From a virus: a DNA stretch of 64,000 nucleotides. Below are positions 36,945 to 47,890 of the stretch, piece after piece (the first letter of the stretch is position 1; every line of letters begins with the position of its first letter). The position numbers were made by a program, and so were the translations under genes. The DNA is taken from IMG/VR virus record IMGVR_UViG_3300009506_000008, positions 1 to 64,000 of that record; one strand, 5' to 3'. Below the pieces are notes generated by a model, which was not told where the DNA came from, searched no databases, and saw only the letters and a program-made list of their open reading frames with translations.

Positions 36945-36953
36945 ATTATACAC
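36945..36953 (-). promoter_or_regulatory. -10 element GTGTATAAT upstream of the SNF2 gene
   Basis: Intergenic, just downstream of the hairpin at about 36983-37007. Confidence 0.5.
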
Positions 36954-37028
36954 CTCAGAGGGTTTGATCGGAAGGCCGATGCTGCCTCCGACACCAGGTC
37001 GGAGGCAGGACTGCCCATCGATCAAGTG

Positions 37029-37235
37029 CTACAGTGTACCTCGGGCACCACAGTCGAGGCAACGCCACTTGAACTCTTGGTCTCCGTTCCTGTACACCAC
37101 GTTCTCATGTGCCCACTTGCCTTTGGCTTCAGGAGGTTTCGGATTGTTTTTGGAGCAGACGTTCCAGCCTGCATCCCCGGCTCGATCCCAGAACTTGGGT
37201 GCAATGTTCCCCGCTTGCTTCGTTCTCATAGCCAT
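37029..37235 (-). CDS. Small zinc-ribbon protein starting MAMRTK
   Basis: AGGAG RBS; CLDC. Confidence 0.55.
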   Translation of the reverse strand: MAMRTKQAGNIAPKFWDRAGDAGWNVCSKNNPKPPEAKGKWAHENVVYRNGDQEFKWRCLDCGARGTL

Positions 37236-37841
37236 ATCTCCTGTGGCAGATCCTTGACAGCCAGGCGCAATTCATGCAACGCGCGACGACGGCAGTAGTC
37301 AGGACTCGTGAATGCTTCCCCTCCCATGGCGGGCATCCTGACGTAAATGCCGGTCCCGCCGTGAACGATGTGCGCAAGTGTGCCCTTGCGATTGACGAGC
37401 ATCTTCCACTCGTTCGTCTTGATGAGTGGCAGTTTCTCGTTGAGCAACGAAGCTCGCAGGTCACAGCCCTCCCTGACAGTGAAGTTATCCTTCCAATCTC
37501 CGGTGTTCCTTCCTCCGAGTGGAATCATTATTCCACCTCCCTTATGTCCCAGAACTCGCATTTGATGTGATGTCCTAGTTGGATGGTCGCGCCGCACGCA
37601 AGGCAGGTTCCCTCTTCATCGGCGCACAGGTTCGGGGCGTCCAACTCGTACACGGTCTTCCAAGTGCCGTCTCCCATGCGCTTGTCAACGCGGAGCCCCT
37701 TACTCATGTCTCCAGTCCTGACTACCGACACTCTGTAAGGCCCGTGATCGAGTTTCAAGTTGCTGTCGTGGCCTTGTGTTAGGGTCGGGAGCATCGTGAT
37801 TGCATCGATCAAATGCCACGGCCCAAGGTCTTGTATCTCTG

Positions 37842-38447
37842 TCATGGCAGCAACTCCTCGGGCACCGTGTCTGGCCTCACGATAGCGATCCACCTCGAAC
37901 CGATGATCTGGTCGTACGTTGCCGAGATGAGGACTTGTGTTTCATCGTCTCTGAAGATCGCCTTGAAGTGGATATCGGACAGGTGAAACATCATCAGCTT
38001 AATACGGTTGAGGACTTCCTCCGTGGGCTGGACGTACCCGTAGCAGTAACCACGGCCCCCGGAGATCGAGATCATGGGACCGATCCGCACCACACGCCCC
38101 TCCGAGTTCTTCCACAAATGAGCTGGAAGCGTTTCCTCTTTCCCCGAGCGGATCCACTTGGTGAAGACTTCCTTGAAGTCGGTGTACTGAGGAAACAGGA
38201 GGGGACGATCACCGAAGAGTTCGATGTCGCCGTTTTCCAACCCGATGCCGTAGGTCAAGGCTACTCTATCCCACTCGTCATCGTCGCCGCTGGGTACGAT
38301 GAACCACTTGATCCTGTGACCTTCTGGCATGTTGTCTGCTGGAGTGACACACAACTGATGTCCCTTGGGAATGAGTTTTGGTTCTCCTCCTTCCCAAGGC
38401 AGGCGTGTGTCGATGTCCCGAGTGGCCCTTCCGTAGAATCTATCCAT
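37842..38447 (-). CDS. Hypothetical early protein
   Basis: GAGGAG RBS; 201 aa. Confidence 0.6.
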   Translation of the reverse strand: MDRFYGRATRDIDTRLPWEGGEPKLIPKGHQLCVTPADNMPEGHRIKWFIVPSGDDDEWDRVALTYGIGLENGDIELFGDRPLLFPQYTDFKEVFTKWIRSGKEETLPAHLWKNSEGRVVRIGPMISISGGRGYCYGYVQPTEEVLNRIKLMMFHLSDIHFKAIFRDDETQVLISATYDQIIGSRWIAIVRPDTVPEELLP

Positions 38448-38663
38448 GCTTCTCCTCCTCTGAGGACACCTCTTGGCGGCGTTTCAACTGCTCGAAAGTT
38501 ACTCCGCGAAGGGGTCCGTAGTCATGTCGCAATGGATTGTCTGGTTCGAGGAATCCGGTCTGGAGAACTGTTCGGCTCTGGCGGAGTCTCGCCACGTACT
38601 TGCTTCTGGCGTACCTGGAGACACGTTCCGCTTTCTTCGAGAGCCAGTACCAGAATGTTTCTC

Positions 38664-39065
38664 TCATTCCAAACCCTCCTCCAACTTCGACGTTCTCGGG
38701 TTTCTCCCCAGCCAAGCCGTAGCCGCCACGACCCAGGCTCCGCTGAAGTTCTTCTGGATGTACTCCCAGACATCGTGTTTGGAAATGTCCGGGTTGGCAG
38801 AGTGTGTCCAGTGGATGCGGTCACCGGCGAGGTCGCGAATGAAAGCGGCGTCGTTGATGAGCTCGTCGGCGTACCATCCAGACAGGTCCGTCACTCCGTC
38901 ACGGCGGGCCTTGCGAAGTTTCTTGGTAGCTTCCTCGGAGAATGCGTGTCCATCCTCAAGGAACTCCTCAGCCTCCGTGGAGGCTGTCTCAAAGGCAGCG
39001 TCTTCCAATGCTCCTTTGATGGCGTGTGCAACGTCTTCCGCTGACTTATACTTCTCACCGTACAT
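38664..39065 (-). CDS. Acidic hypothetical early protein
   Basis: AAGGAG RBS following a structured intergenic element. Confidence 0.6.
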   Translation of the reverse strand: MYGEKYKSAEDVAHAIKGALEDAAFETASTEAEEFLEDGHAFSEEATKKLRKARRDGVTDLSGWYADELINDAAFIRDLAGDRIHWTHSANPDISKHDVWEYIQKNFSGAWVVAATAWLGRNPRTSKLEEGLE

Positions 39066-39164
39066 GGACCTACTCCTTTCTCCCTGCTTCAGCAGGGCTG
39101 TGGGGTTGAACATCCTATGCTGCCCCCCTCCTGAGAGGGGGACAGGAAGAAGGCTCAACCAGAA

Positions 39165-39839
39165 CTACTTGTCTTTCCAGAGCACCCGAGCTTCGACCGG
39201 CACCACCCTCATTTCTGTAGGGAACAGGCGGATCTGACCCGTCGCGAGAAGCACTCCCTTGGAAGTGTTGACTCCCAACATCTGACGCTTCTTGATGGTA
39301 ACGTATACCTGGCACGTTTCCATCTTCATGTACACGTCATTTCTGTCGGGTTCCCGAAAGCACTGTCCATACTCGATGGAGTCGATGCACTCCGTCTCGA
39401 TCAGTACATTTTCGCACTCGACTTTCATTCTTTTGGTCTCCTCCCCCGAGGTGTTTATCCCATCTTCACAATGAGCGTCTCGGATTCGTTCGGTGTTGAG
39501 TTTGTTGACCGAGTCCATGTTGCAGAAATGAATCCCGCGAGGTCGGAACCCGGTGATCGTGTGACCGGATGCTGGCATGAGCATGTACACCTCAGGATCT
39601 ACGGTGATCTTGCTCTCGCTGAGAGTCCTCCGGTAGTAGTCCTCCCAACTTGCCATAGAGGAGGGGCTCTGGCGTATGGCTCGTTCCATCTCCGTCGTTT
39701 CTCTGTGAAGATGATGTGCCAAGAGGTCTACCCAGTTGGGCTTGTCGATCCTGGACAGCATCTTGGCTGTGTTGGAGATGCGGCAGAAGCCATACCCCGT
39801 GAGCCTTTCGGCATCGAGGTTGGGGAATTTAGAGCTCAT
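39165..39839 (-). CDS. Hypothetical early protein
   Basis: Probable start MSSKFP; the longer upstream frame shadows 39829-40224. Confidence 0.55.
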   Translation of the reverse strand: MSSKFPNLDAERLTGYGFCRISNTAKMLSRIDKPNWVDLLAHHLHRETTEMERAIRQSPSSMASWEDYYRRTLSESKITVDPEVYMLMPASGHTITGFRPRGIHFCNMDSVNKLNTERIRDAHCEDGINTSGEETKRMKVECENVLIETECIDSIEYGQCFREPDRNDVYMKMETCQVYVTIKKRQMLGVNTSKGVLLATGQIRLFPTEMRVVPVEARVLWKDK

Positions 39840-40224
39840 CGAACTCGCTCGCTGCCACTTCGTTGGTCTTGACGGTGTACTCAACCGACCGTTCGCAGTG
39901 GACGCACTTGACGTCGATGCTCGCCTCCAACCAGAAGAGGCGCTTGGCGTACCTGCCGCCGCCCTTCTCCATGACCTCGAACTCGGGTTCGTCCACTTCC
40001 TCGAACTCTTGGTCTTCCTCGTCGCAGTCAGGGCACTCGAAGTCCTCGCTGATGGAGAAGAACGCTTCCTTCTTCTCTTCAGCACAGCACTCCGACAACC
40101 TAGCCAGCCGGATCTCCGCTTCCAGGTGGCCCCCCTCTGTCTCGAAGTCCCAACTCTGAACTTCGGGTTCGCCCTCTTCCAGTGAGCAGAATGTGTTGCA
40201 GTTGTCACATCTCGTTGCGGCCAT
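39829..40224 (-). CDS. Acidic Cys-rich protein
   Basis: Three CxxC motifs plus CC; GAGG RBS. Confidence 0.65.
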   Translation of the reverse strand: MAATRCDNCNTFCSLEEGEPEVQSWDFETEGGHLEAEIRLARLSECCAEEKKEAFFSISEDFECPDCDEEDQEFEEVDEPEFEVMEKGGGRYAKRLFWLEASIDVKCVHCERSVEYTVKTNEVAASEFDEL

Positions 40225-40236
40225 GTGTACCTCCTC

Positions 40237-40728
40237 TCAGGTTTGTGGCAAGACACCCTTGCCGTGGTAGGAATAGTAATCATCGGTGCCGTCGCCGATG
40301 ATCACGTGGTCCAGCAACCGCAGTCCCAGCAGGAAGCACCCCTGTTGGAGGCGTGTCGTTAGCTGGTTGTCCTCGTCGCTGGGATCTGCATGACCGGTGG
40401 GATGGTTGTGGATCAGGACAATGCCGTGTGCTTTGAGCACAAGAGCGGGACCAAACACTTCCCTGGGGTGTACCAAAGTTCCGCTCAGTGTCCCTACCGA
40501 TGTGGTGTAGATGCCGATGGCATGGTTGCGTGCATCGACAGCAATGACAGCGAACTGTTCACATCCGTTGTCTTGGAGATGCTGCCGTGCGATCTGCACC
40601 ACAACGCTACTGTGATTGATCTTCGGTAAGGACAGGGCTGGCGGTCCCTCTCGTACCATGCTGATCCTGTACGAGGGAATTTCAATGTACTTCGGGGACA
40701 TCTTTGGAGCCGGTTTTGTCCTCGCCAT
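40237..40728 (-). CDS. RadC/JAB domain protein
   Basis: VHPREVF, HNHPTG, PSDED, LLDHVIIG. Confidence 0.9.
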   Translation of the reverse strand: MARTKPAPKMSPKYIEIPSYRISMVREGPPALSLPKINHSSVVVQIARQHLQDNGCEQFAVIAVDARNHAIGIYTTSVGTLSGTLVHPREVFGPALVLKAHGIVLIHNHPTGHADPSDEDNQLTTRLQQGCFLLGLRLLDHVIIGDGTDDYYSYHGKGVLPQT

Positions 40729-41240
40729 CAGCGCATCGCCTCCTTGAGTTCGTTCGTTACCTTCCAGCACTTATGCCATCCCCATCCCAGTGCCGTCTGC
40801 ATGTGGAATCGCAGTCGGGACCGGATGGCGCCAGGTTTCTTCTCTTCCAGAAGCCCGACGACTTCCTCTGGTGCTTGAAGGATGATCCGAACGATCTCTT
40901 GAGCCTCCGCTGACAGGCTCGCTATCGTTTCCTTGAACGCTAGCTCTGCGAACGGGCTGGGCCCGTTCTCCCTGTCAGGGATCTCGTCCACCAACTCCTC
41001 GTGGAAGTTCCTCACGTGCTCGTTCTGTGCCCAGGTAATCAGCGCGTTCTCCACACACTTGTACACCCAGGTGTTGATCGAGGACTTCTCATCGTCGTAG
41101 CTGCCCAACGCTACGGCAAAGGCGACCAGGGCTTCCGACTCCAACTCGTCGTAGGGCAACCCTGTGGTTTGAGCAAAGGACCGAGCCCTGGCTCTAACCA
41201 ATCCGATTAACTCTGGCGTCACTACAATCCCTTCACTCAT
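40728..41240 (-). CDS. Sigma70 region-2-like phage transcription factor
   Basis: YDELESEALVAFAVALGSYD...INTWVYKCVENAL; C-terminal HTH-like segment. Confidence 0.7.
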   Translation of the reverse strand: MSEGIVVTPELIGLVRARARSFAQTTGLPYDELESEALVAFAVALGSYDDEKSSINTWVYKCVENALITWAQNEHVRNFHEELVDEIPDRENGPSPFAELAFKETIASLSAEAQEIVRIILQAPEEVVGLLEEKKPGAIRSRLRFHMQTALGWGWHKCWKVTNELKEAMR

Positions 41241-41327
41241 GCTACTCCTCTCTCCCAGGTTCTCCTGGGCTGTGGGGTGAGACTTTATCAGAAGGGACGA
41301 AGTCACCCTCGTCCCCTCTGGAATGCC

Positions 41328-41540
41328 TCACATAAGGGTGAACTGCATTGTGCAATTGACACACGTGAAAGAACCGTTGCCGTTGGTAGGCGGGCAGTAT
41401 CCATCCAACGGTTCGTCTATGTCCTTGGAATACTTTCGAGCTAAGTGATTCTCGTGTTCGCAGTGAGGGCAGTGTGCGTATACCAATAACATCAACTTCT
41501 TTGGAGTCGGTTTCATTTGCCTCTTGCGTGTTCTCGCCAT
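41328..41540 (-). CDS. Zinc-ribbon protein starting MARTR
   Basis: CPHC...CVNC; GGAGG RBS. Confidence 0.6.
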   Translation of the reverse strand: MARTRKRQMKPTPKKLMLLVYAHCPHCEHENHLARKYSKDIDEPLDGYCPPTNGNGSFTCVNCTMQFTLM

Positions 41541-41851
41541 TTCCGCCTCCATTCTTTGTTGAATCCTACCCTGATACCCTCCTCGTACACGTCCCAGACA
41601 TCATAGGGTTTGATCTGCTGTGCATCGTTGAGATCGCTGGCCGTGAACTCGAACGGGGAGAACTGGCGATTGTTCTCCTCGGCTTGCCAGCACCGGTGGA
41701 GGAAGACTACCTCCTGGTCGTTCTTGTCTTCCACGATCTTAATGTCAAGATCGTGGTCGTCAATCTCTTCCCCGATCTCAGGGAAGTCCTGGTAACTGGC
41801 AATGCTTTCTCCTCTGTCGCGGCCTTCTTCATAGATTTCTTTCTTGTTCAT
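41513..41851 (-). CDS. Acidic hypothetical early protein
   Basis: GAGG RBS; coupled ORF. Confidence 0.6.
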   Translation of the reverse strand: MNKKEIYEEGRDRGESIASYQDFPEIGEEIDDHDLDIKIVEDKNDQEVVFLHRCWQAEENNRQFSPFEFTASDLNDAQQIKPYDVWDVYEEGIRVGFNKEWRRKWREHARGK

Positions 41852-42596
41852 GTTCCCTCCTCATGCACCATCCTGTGCGTTTCCTCCTTGTGGAAGTTGA
41901 AGTACGAGAACAACCGGAACCTGTCCCAACCCAGCGTGCGTCGGCAGTGTCTGATAGCACCGCGCACTGTCTTGAGTTGAAAGAGAACCCTGTGACTCGT
42001 TCCCAACGGTTCCTTTCCCTCATCGTTTGGAACGTAAGCGTAGAATCTCATCGTCACTCCCCCTTGTAACAATCATCGAGGTTGTGGTTGGCTCTGTCTG
42101 TCTCAGGGACAATCGTTACCAACCCCAAGTCCTCGATTTTGGTCGTTCCCGGCTCGAACCAATAGCCGGGACCGTCGTAGTCAGCGTCCAATGGATCGGT
42201 GCTGACCTCCATTGCTTGCATGGCATCGACACTAACCAATCTAGTGACGAGTTCTCCATGCCTGTTAGTGCCTCTGAACATTCGGTACTTGTTCATGCGA
42301 TCCTCCTCTTGACTGTGCTCCTTCAGGAGCAGGTTGAGAAACCGAGGAAGGGGACGAGGTGACTCGTCCCCTCGACTGCGCCTCAACCTACTTGCTGAGC
42401 TTCTTGATAAGCGAGAGTCGCTTGGTCTTGCAGCAATTCTCACCCCCATCCTCATATCCACAGGAGAGGCACACATCCATATTGGCCGGGTTGTTCGGAC
42501 AGTTCTCCATGTGCCTGTGGAACTTGGTTGCGTCCTCCCGACCTCGTTCATCCTTGTCGCACTTGATTGTTTTGGAACAGAACACGCAGAACATCA

Positions 42597-43094
42597 TCAG
42601 TCCTCCCACAGTATGCTGAGGTCTTTGCTGATGACCCCAAGCCGAACCTTGTCACCGCCGTGCTCCTTCATCCAGACAATGTAGTCCATGATCGACACAC
42701 GGGACAGACCTTTCCACTCCGGGTCTGTCTTGTGCTTGAGAAGCAGAGCTTGGAAAGCACCCGTTACGCCGGCCAACAGGAAGTCGTCGGGCTCTGGACA
42801 CTTGCTCTCTTGACCGTTCTCGATGAGGGGATCGGGCATTGGACAGTTGATTGCGAGTCTCCAATCTTCCTCGAACGCTGCCCTGGCGTCGATTACCGGG
42901 CACCCGACCATGTCAGGGTAGCTACCCTTCTCGCCGTTCTGGAGAGCTTTGACAAAGGATTCTGGAGAGTCATACCCGCTGATGCGGTATGTCGTACGTG
43001 GTCTGCCGTGCTGAGCTCCGTAAGAATCATCCTTGGAGCACTCTACTCCGTGCCCTCCCAACCCGAAGGACACCAAATGTGCAATGTCAGCCAT
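42597..43094 (-). CDS. Hypothetical early protein
   Basis: AAGGAGG RBS. Confidence 0.6.
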   Translation of the reverse strand: MADIAHLVSFGLGGHGVECSKDDSYGAQHGRPRTTYRISGYDSPESFVKALQNGEKGSYPDMVGCPVIDARAAFEEDWRLAINCPMPDPLIENGQESKCPEPDDFLLAGVTGAFQALLLKHKTDPEWKGLSRVSIMDYIVWMKEHGGDKVRLGVISKDLSILWED

Positions 43095-43428
43095 CTCCTA
43101 CCTCCTTCTGAATAATGCTCCGCGTGATGCGAAGCAGTTCGTTGATCTCTTCCAGCATGGCATCGTCCATTCGCTCGGGATTTCTGTTGACGAGTTCCTC
43201 GATGCGCTTGGTAACATATTCCCAATGCCGTTGTGCCAGGAGTTTCCGGGCCGCGGCCTCCAAGATGTGGACGGGCTTGCCGAAGATACCAGCTTCGTCA
43301 TAACTCCAGACGTAGTAGCTGGTACCTATCTGCAACTTCCTCAGCTTGTCCGCCCAATCTTCTGGGACCGCGTAGTCGTAATTCTTCAGGGAGGTGTAAT
43401 TGTTGATGACGTCTAGGCTGGTTACCAT
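43087..43428 (-). CDS. Hypothetical early protein
   Basis: AAGGAGG RBS following a hairpin element. Confidence 0.6.
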   Translation of the reverse strand: MVTSLDVINNYTSLKNYDYAVPEDWADKLRKLQIGTSYYVWSYDEAGIFGKPVHILEAAARKLLAQRHWEYVTKRIEELVNRNPERMDDAMLEEINELLRITRSIIQKEVGDG

Positions 43429-43514
43429 GCGCTCCTCCTTGCCTCTTCAGAGGCACTAGGGGTTGTTGGCCGAACGATCTTACCCCCAACCGAAGTTGGG
43501 GGCAAGGGCGAGGG

Positions 43515-43721
43515 TCAACGACCGTAGGCTCCGTTATCCAGCGCGAACTGGGCCGCTTCGCGGGAAGGATAGTAACCAGATTCTCTGGAGATCGGGCCGC
43601 ACTGTTCGCACCAATACCCGATGTAATAGGCATTGGAACGACAGATTTGGATCTTCAGCTTCGCGCCACACTCAATGCACGTTGTCTCCGTTCCACCTAG
43701 TGTTTCACCGGGCAGTGTCAA
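43515..43721 (-). CDS. Small zinc-finger protein with GYWC...SRES motif
   Basis: TTG start after GAGGAGG; CIEC...YIGYWCEQCGPISRESGYY. Confidence 0.6.
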   Translation of the reverse strand: MTLPGETLGGTETTCIECGAKLKIQICRSNAYYIGYWCEQCGPISRESGYYPSREAAQFALDNGAYGR

Positions 43722-44137
43722 TGTACTACCTCCTCGTTGATGTTGATGTTGATGGTGCCTTTCTTTCCTATCAGACTGATCTCGATCTCTGTGGCTCCGA
43801 GATCCGTGAGACGTGTGATGAGCTCGTCCACGCATTGCTCGAAGGGCTGTCCCAGAGTCGGATCGGCACCAGTGCGCCCGTCCTCGAAACACCAGACGAG
43901 CCTGTTGGTGTACGATTCTTGGTAGACGTAAACGTACATCAGTCCACCTTGATCCCGTCCCACAGATCCTCCTTGATCTGCTTTTCCACTGCGTCACACA
44001 GATAACGCAGTTGGGAGACGGCCTTCTTGATGAGTCCGACGTTGCCAGATCCCCAAGACATCTTGAGATCGGCGGCCATGTTCTCCGCTAGATCCAACAG
44101 TCCCGTGATTTGTTCTCGCTTCGTTGGCTGGACCACT

Positions 44138-44293
44138 CTAGTCCTCCTTGGTTACGTTGGGAACCAGTGCGCACACAAACGCAAGCAATGCCAACAGTCC
44201 ACCTCCCACGTAGTCGAAAGAGGAAGTGACATGCTTGTACGCACTGATTGCAATGAATGCTGACAGTGCATAGAACACGATCTTGAAGATCAT
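44138..44293 (-). CDS. Small two-TM membrane protein
   Basis: Two hydrophobic helices. Confidence 0.5.
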   Translation of the reverse strand: MIFKIVFYALSAFIAISAYKHVTSSFDYVGGGLLALLAFVCALVPNVTKED

Positions 44294-44605
44294 CTCGACA
44301 CGATCCAGGTGTGCTGTATGCGCTGGCGCACCGTGCCGTTTGCTGTGCTGAAGACTACCAGGTAGTCCCCAGCCGTTCTGACCGCATACGCGATCTTCTG
44401 CATGATTCTCCAGGCTTTGTCCTTCATGATACACCTCCTCTTGGTTGTGCCCCTTCTGGGGCAGGGTGGAGAGAGATGGTCTCAATGCTGCCCTGGTTTT
44501 TCCCGGTTTAGGCGAACCGGCACCAGGGCAGGATGAAACTACCTCATCTCGTACCTCCTTTGGTTGCTTGTCGTTCTCAATGAACGCAGCCGAACTGCTT
44601 GAGCT

Positions 44606-44818
44606 CTACTTCTTCTTGCGGTTGACGTTGAGGGAGACGATCACGTCGGCGTGACCGGGAACCGCCGCGAAGCCCGAGGTGGTCGCGATCATGTGCGTCT
44701 TCCCAGACTTGGTGGGACCGTTGTCCTGGGACAGGTCGAACTCCAGGGTGAGCTTGTTGCCGTCCACGGTAGCGACGACGTTGGTTCCCAGCTCGGTGGT
44801 GTCTTTTGCGCGTGCCAT
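44606..44818 (-). CDS. Conserved small phage protein
   Basis: LTLEFDLS...GPTKSGKTHMIATTSG motif. Confidence 0.7.
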   Translation of the reverse strand: MARAKDTTELGTNVVATVDGNKLTLEFDLSQDNGPTKSGKTHMIATTSGFAAVPGHADVIVSLNVNRKKK

Positions 44819-44878
44819 GGTAGATCCTTTCTGGGCATCAGCCCTTGTTTTGGGGCAACGTTGCCCCGGTTGGTGGAA

Positions 44879-47800
44879 CTAGCCTTTGAAGCCGAACTCT
44901 TTCTTGAGAGCCGCAAGGACGGCGGGTTTCATGACGGTCTTCCACTCCTGGTAAATCTTGTACCCGGAGCGTTCAGCGAACACGTCCTCCGCGCTGATGT
45001 TTGCACGAAGAAAGCTCTCCAGGTCCTTGTGAGGCTCGGCCAATTCGATGATCTCTTTGATCTCCAGGCACTCGTAAAGCGAAGTGCAAGGACCAAAGCA
45101 ATCCTTGACCTTCAGCGCCGTCTGTTCCGTCATGTCCATCAGTCTTCCTCCGCTTTGGAGCCCCGCTGCTTGGCTCGTTCTGCCCTGGTCTCCCGTGCTC
45201 GGGCGATGAGTTCCATCATCTTCTGGAGGAGTTCCCCGCCATCTTCGGCAGACATCTCCAGCAGAACACAGTTGAGATTGAGTCCGTAGTACAGCTCATG
45301 TCCCAACTCGGCGGTCATCTTGCACACGCGACCGACCATGTCATCGAGTCCAGCAGGAATCGGGAGCTCCAACGTCTTCGTTTCCGCCAGAGCGATGTTC
45401 CGTTCTGTACCACATGCGCCCGATCCGTACTGGTGAGGGCAGCGCATGATACGAACGTTTACCCAACGCTTGCATTTTGGACACTTCCACAAGTCTACCT
45501 TTGTGGGCCTTCCCATCATTATACTGCCCTCCTTTACTTGGCAGAGATACAGACTCTTTCCCCATCCGGCGAGGTCAGAATCATGTACTCTCCCTGTTGG
45601 AACGAGCAGGCGCGCTCGTTCTTTGTGGGTGTCGTCGCGCATCCTGCCAACAACAGGACGAACGCCAACGCGCTAATCATCGTTCGCATAGGACTCACCT
45701 CCATTCTCCTACGGGTTGCGGGTTGAAGTACCGCAGAGAGGCGCGACCAAAGTCGTGCCCCTCGACGATGTTCAACCGAGCTGGCTTTCCAACACAGACT
45801 TGAGGATGTGGGACGTTCCGGTCAATTCCTCCGTGGACAATCCCTCGGACATTACCAACTCCAGCTTGTCGAGTTCCAGGATGCAATCGTCCAGGCTATA
45901 CCTCCCGCAGTTCAACGCCGCGAGGAAGTTCCTGAAGGTGTTCACAATCTGCGCCGGTGTCATGGATATCTTCTCCACAGGATTCTCCACAGGGCACTGT
46001 TCAAACTCGGTGCCGCACAGTGAAGCGTTCGCATTCGGACAGTTTTCACAGAGCATTGGTACCTCCTAGATGCGTGTCAATGTTGGTCTAGGCCAAGCGG
46101 TTGGACGCCACTCGTACAGGTCACCGTCCTTGGTTAAGATATGCCAAGTTCCCATGTGAGGACCATTGTACTCGACAACCTCCATGCAGGACTTGTCCAG
46201 CATCTTGAACAAAATGTGTGAGTACAAACTGCCCTCCAAGTTCCGCATGTTCTTTGCTGCCATTCCACTCCTCCCTACCGGCTGACGTGGATTCCCCCAG
46301 GGGTAACCCAGTCGGCCTTGTTGTAGGCCAGCGCGAAGTCGCTTTGGACGTCTCGGAAGCAGATGAAGTAGTTCCAGCCCTGCTTCGCCAACATCGCTAT
46401 GGCCCGCTTGCGGTCAGCCGCGTTTGCGTAGCCTCTGGTGTGTTCAATGATGCGCTTCATCTCTACCTCTTCTTTGACGACGTTACGTGAACTGTAACGT
46501 CTCCTCGGTGGTCGATGATGTCCTTCATTGCCTCTTTGGAGATTTCGTCCCCTGGCAACCACTCGATGCTGTTCGTGATCTTGGTGACCACGTACACAAT
46601 CTTGGTCGGCTGGGGAATGTGGCGCTCGTGCGCCTCCACATGGAGAGTGACCGGCTTGTGCCTCACTTTTTCCTCCTGTTGAACCACTCCCCGCACTGGT
46701 TACACTTTCTGACAGTGTCGGACAGTGGTTTCACGTTGCGGGACTTGCACTTGGGGCACTGACCCCACCCCGTGTCAACTCCCTTGTTGTAGTGGACTCC
46801 TGCACGCTCGAAATTGGTCGAAAACGGCATTTCTTGATCCTCCTCTGCTAGGGTTGACTGCCTGGGCCTGCCCTCGTCCAGAGACAAGGACAGGAACAGA
46901 GGTCAACGAGAGTGGTCGAGAGGAACCGGGACCATTGCCGATCCCAGCCAGTACAGGTAGCAGTTCAGCCCGTGTTGGGCAATAATGGCCTCGATCACCT
47001 TTTTGGCGCTCTTGGACGACGTCGAACGGTGAATCGTGGCAAGGGCACGAGCCTTGCTGGCATCATCCGGCATGGACAACGCCGTTCTGATTCGGGACGG
47101 GATGGTTTCGGCCATTACTTCACTCCTTGAACTGAGAGTTTGCACTTCTCACAGACCAGTTTCCGGGGATCGCTTGGAACGCCCTTTGCGGGATTCCAAA
47201 CCATCACCTGTCGAGAGTCTCCAAAGGCCCATCCGCATTCAGTTGTACCCTTACCGTTTACGAGGTGAATTTTGTGCTTCATTAGAATCCTCCTCTCAGG
47301 GACAGCTGGTTCATGACGGGAGCCAAGTAGTACGCGGCCCCAACAGCGAGTGCTCCGAGCCAACCGATTGCCAGCCATACGACATTCATTTGAACCTCCT
47401 TCTGTTGTACCGCTTCAGCGGTAGTTGGCGGGCACCGAACTGGTCGATGCCCTACGGATGACCTAACCAACAGCTTCGTCGTATTCACGCCATGCTGCAC
47501 AGTGTGAATCACATCCGGGGCAGCTATCGTGGTCGCAATCCATGCAGGGATCGTCAATCTCGACAATCGTACCATCCGCCATAGTCGTCTCTCGCATCAC
47601 TTTTCCTTTCTCCGTCGGATAACCTTGGCCCCGTTCGCCAAGGCTTTCTCTTTGGCCTTCTCCAAAGCATGGTCGGCAAACGCCTTTCCGAAGGGATTCA
47701 TCTGGTCGTAGCCGATCAATTGGTCGCGCTCCTCTGCGCGATCCGCTTTGGCGATCAAACCCCGCAACTGCTTGGCGTCGTAGGTATATGGGTGGTACCG

Positions 47801-47890
47801 CTTCTCTTTCTTGATTCGGGGTTTGATCGGACTCTGCATCACCGGGTCTCTGCCGTTCCTTGGAGACCCCACACCAAATCTCTTCGACAT
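44879..47890 (-). other. Run of about 10 small early hypothetical genes
   Basis: Consecutive short minus-strand ORFs, many with GGAGG RBS (for example 44879-45139, 45772-46056, 46066-46263, 46275-46460, 47597-47890). Confidence 0.55.

Noticed and set aside
39840-40283. N-terminal 148 aa of the 372-aa ORF 39165-40283
   Set aside because: Alternate-frame shadow of the RBS-led acidic gene 39829-40224; the real start is probably 39839
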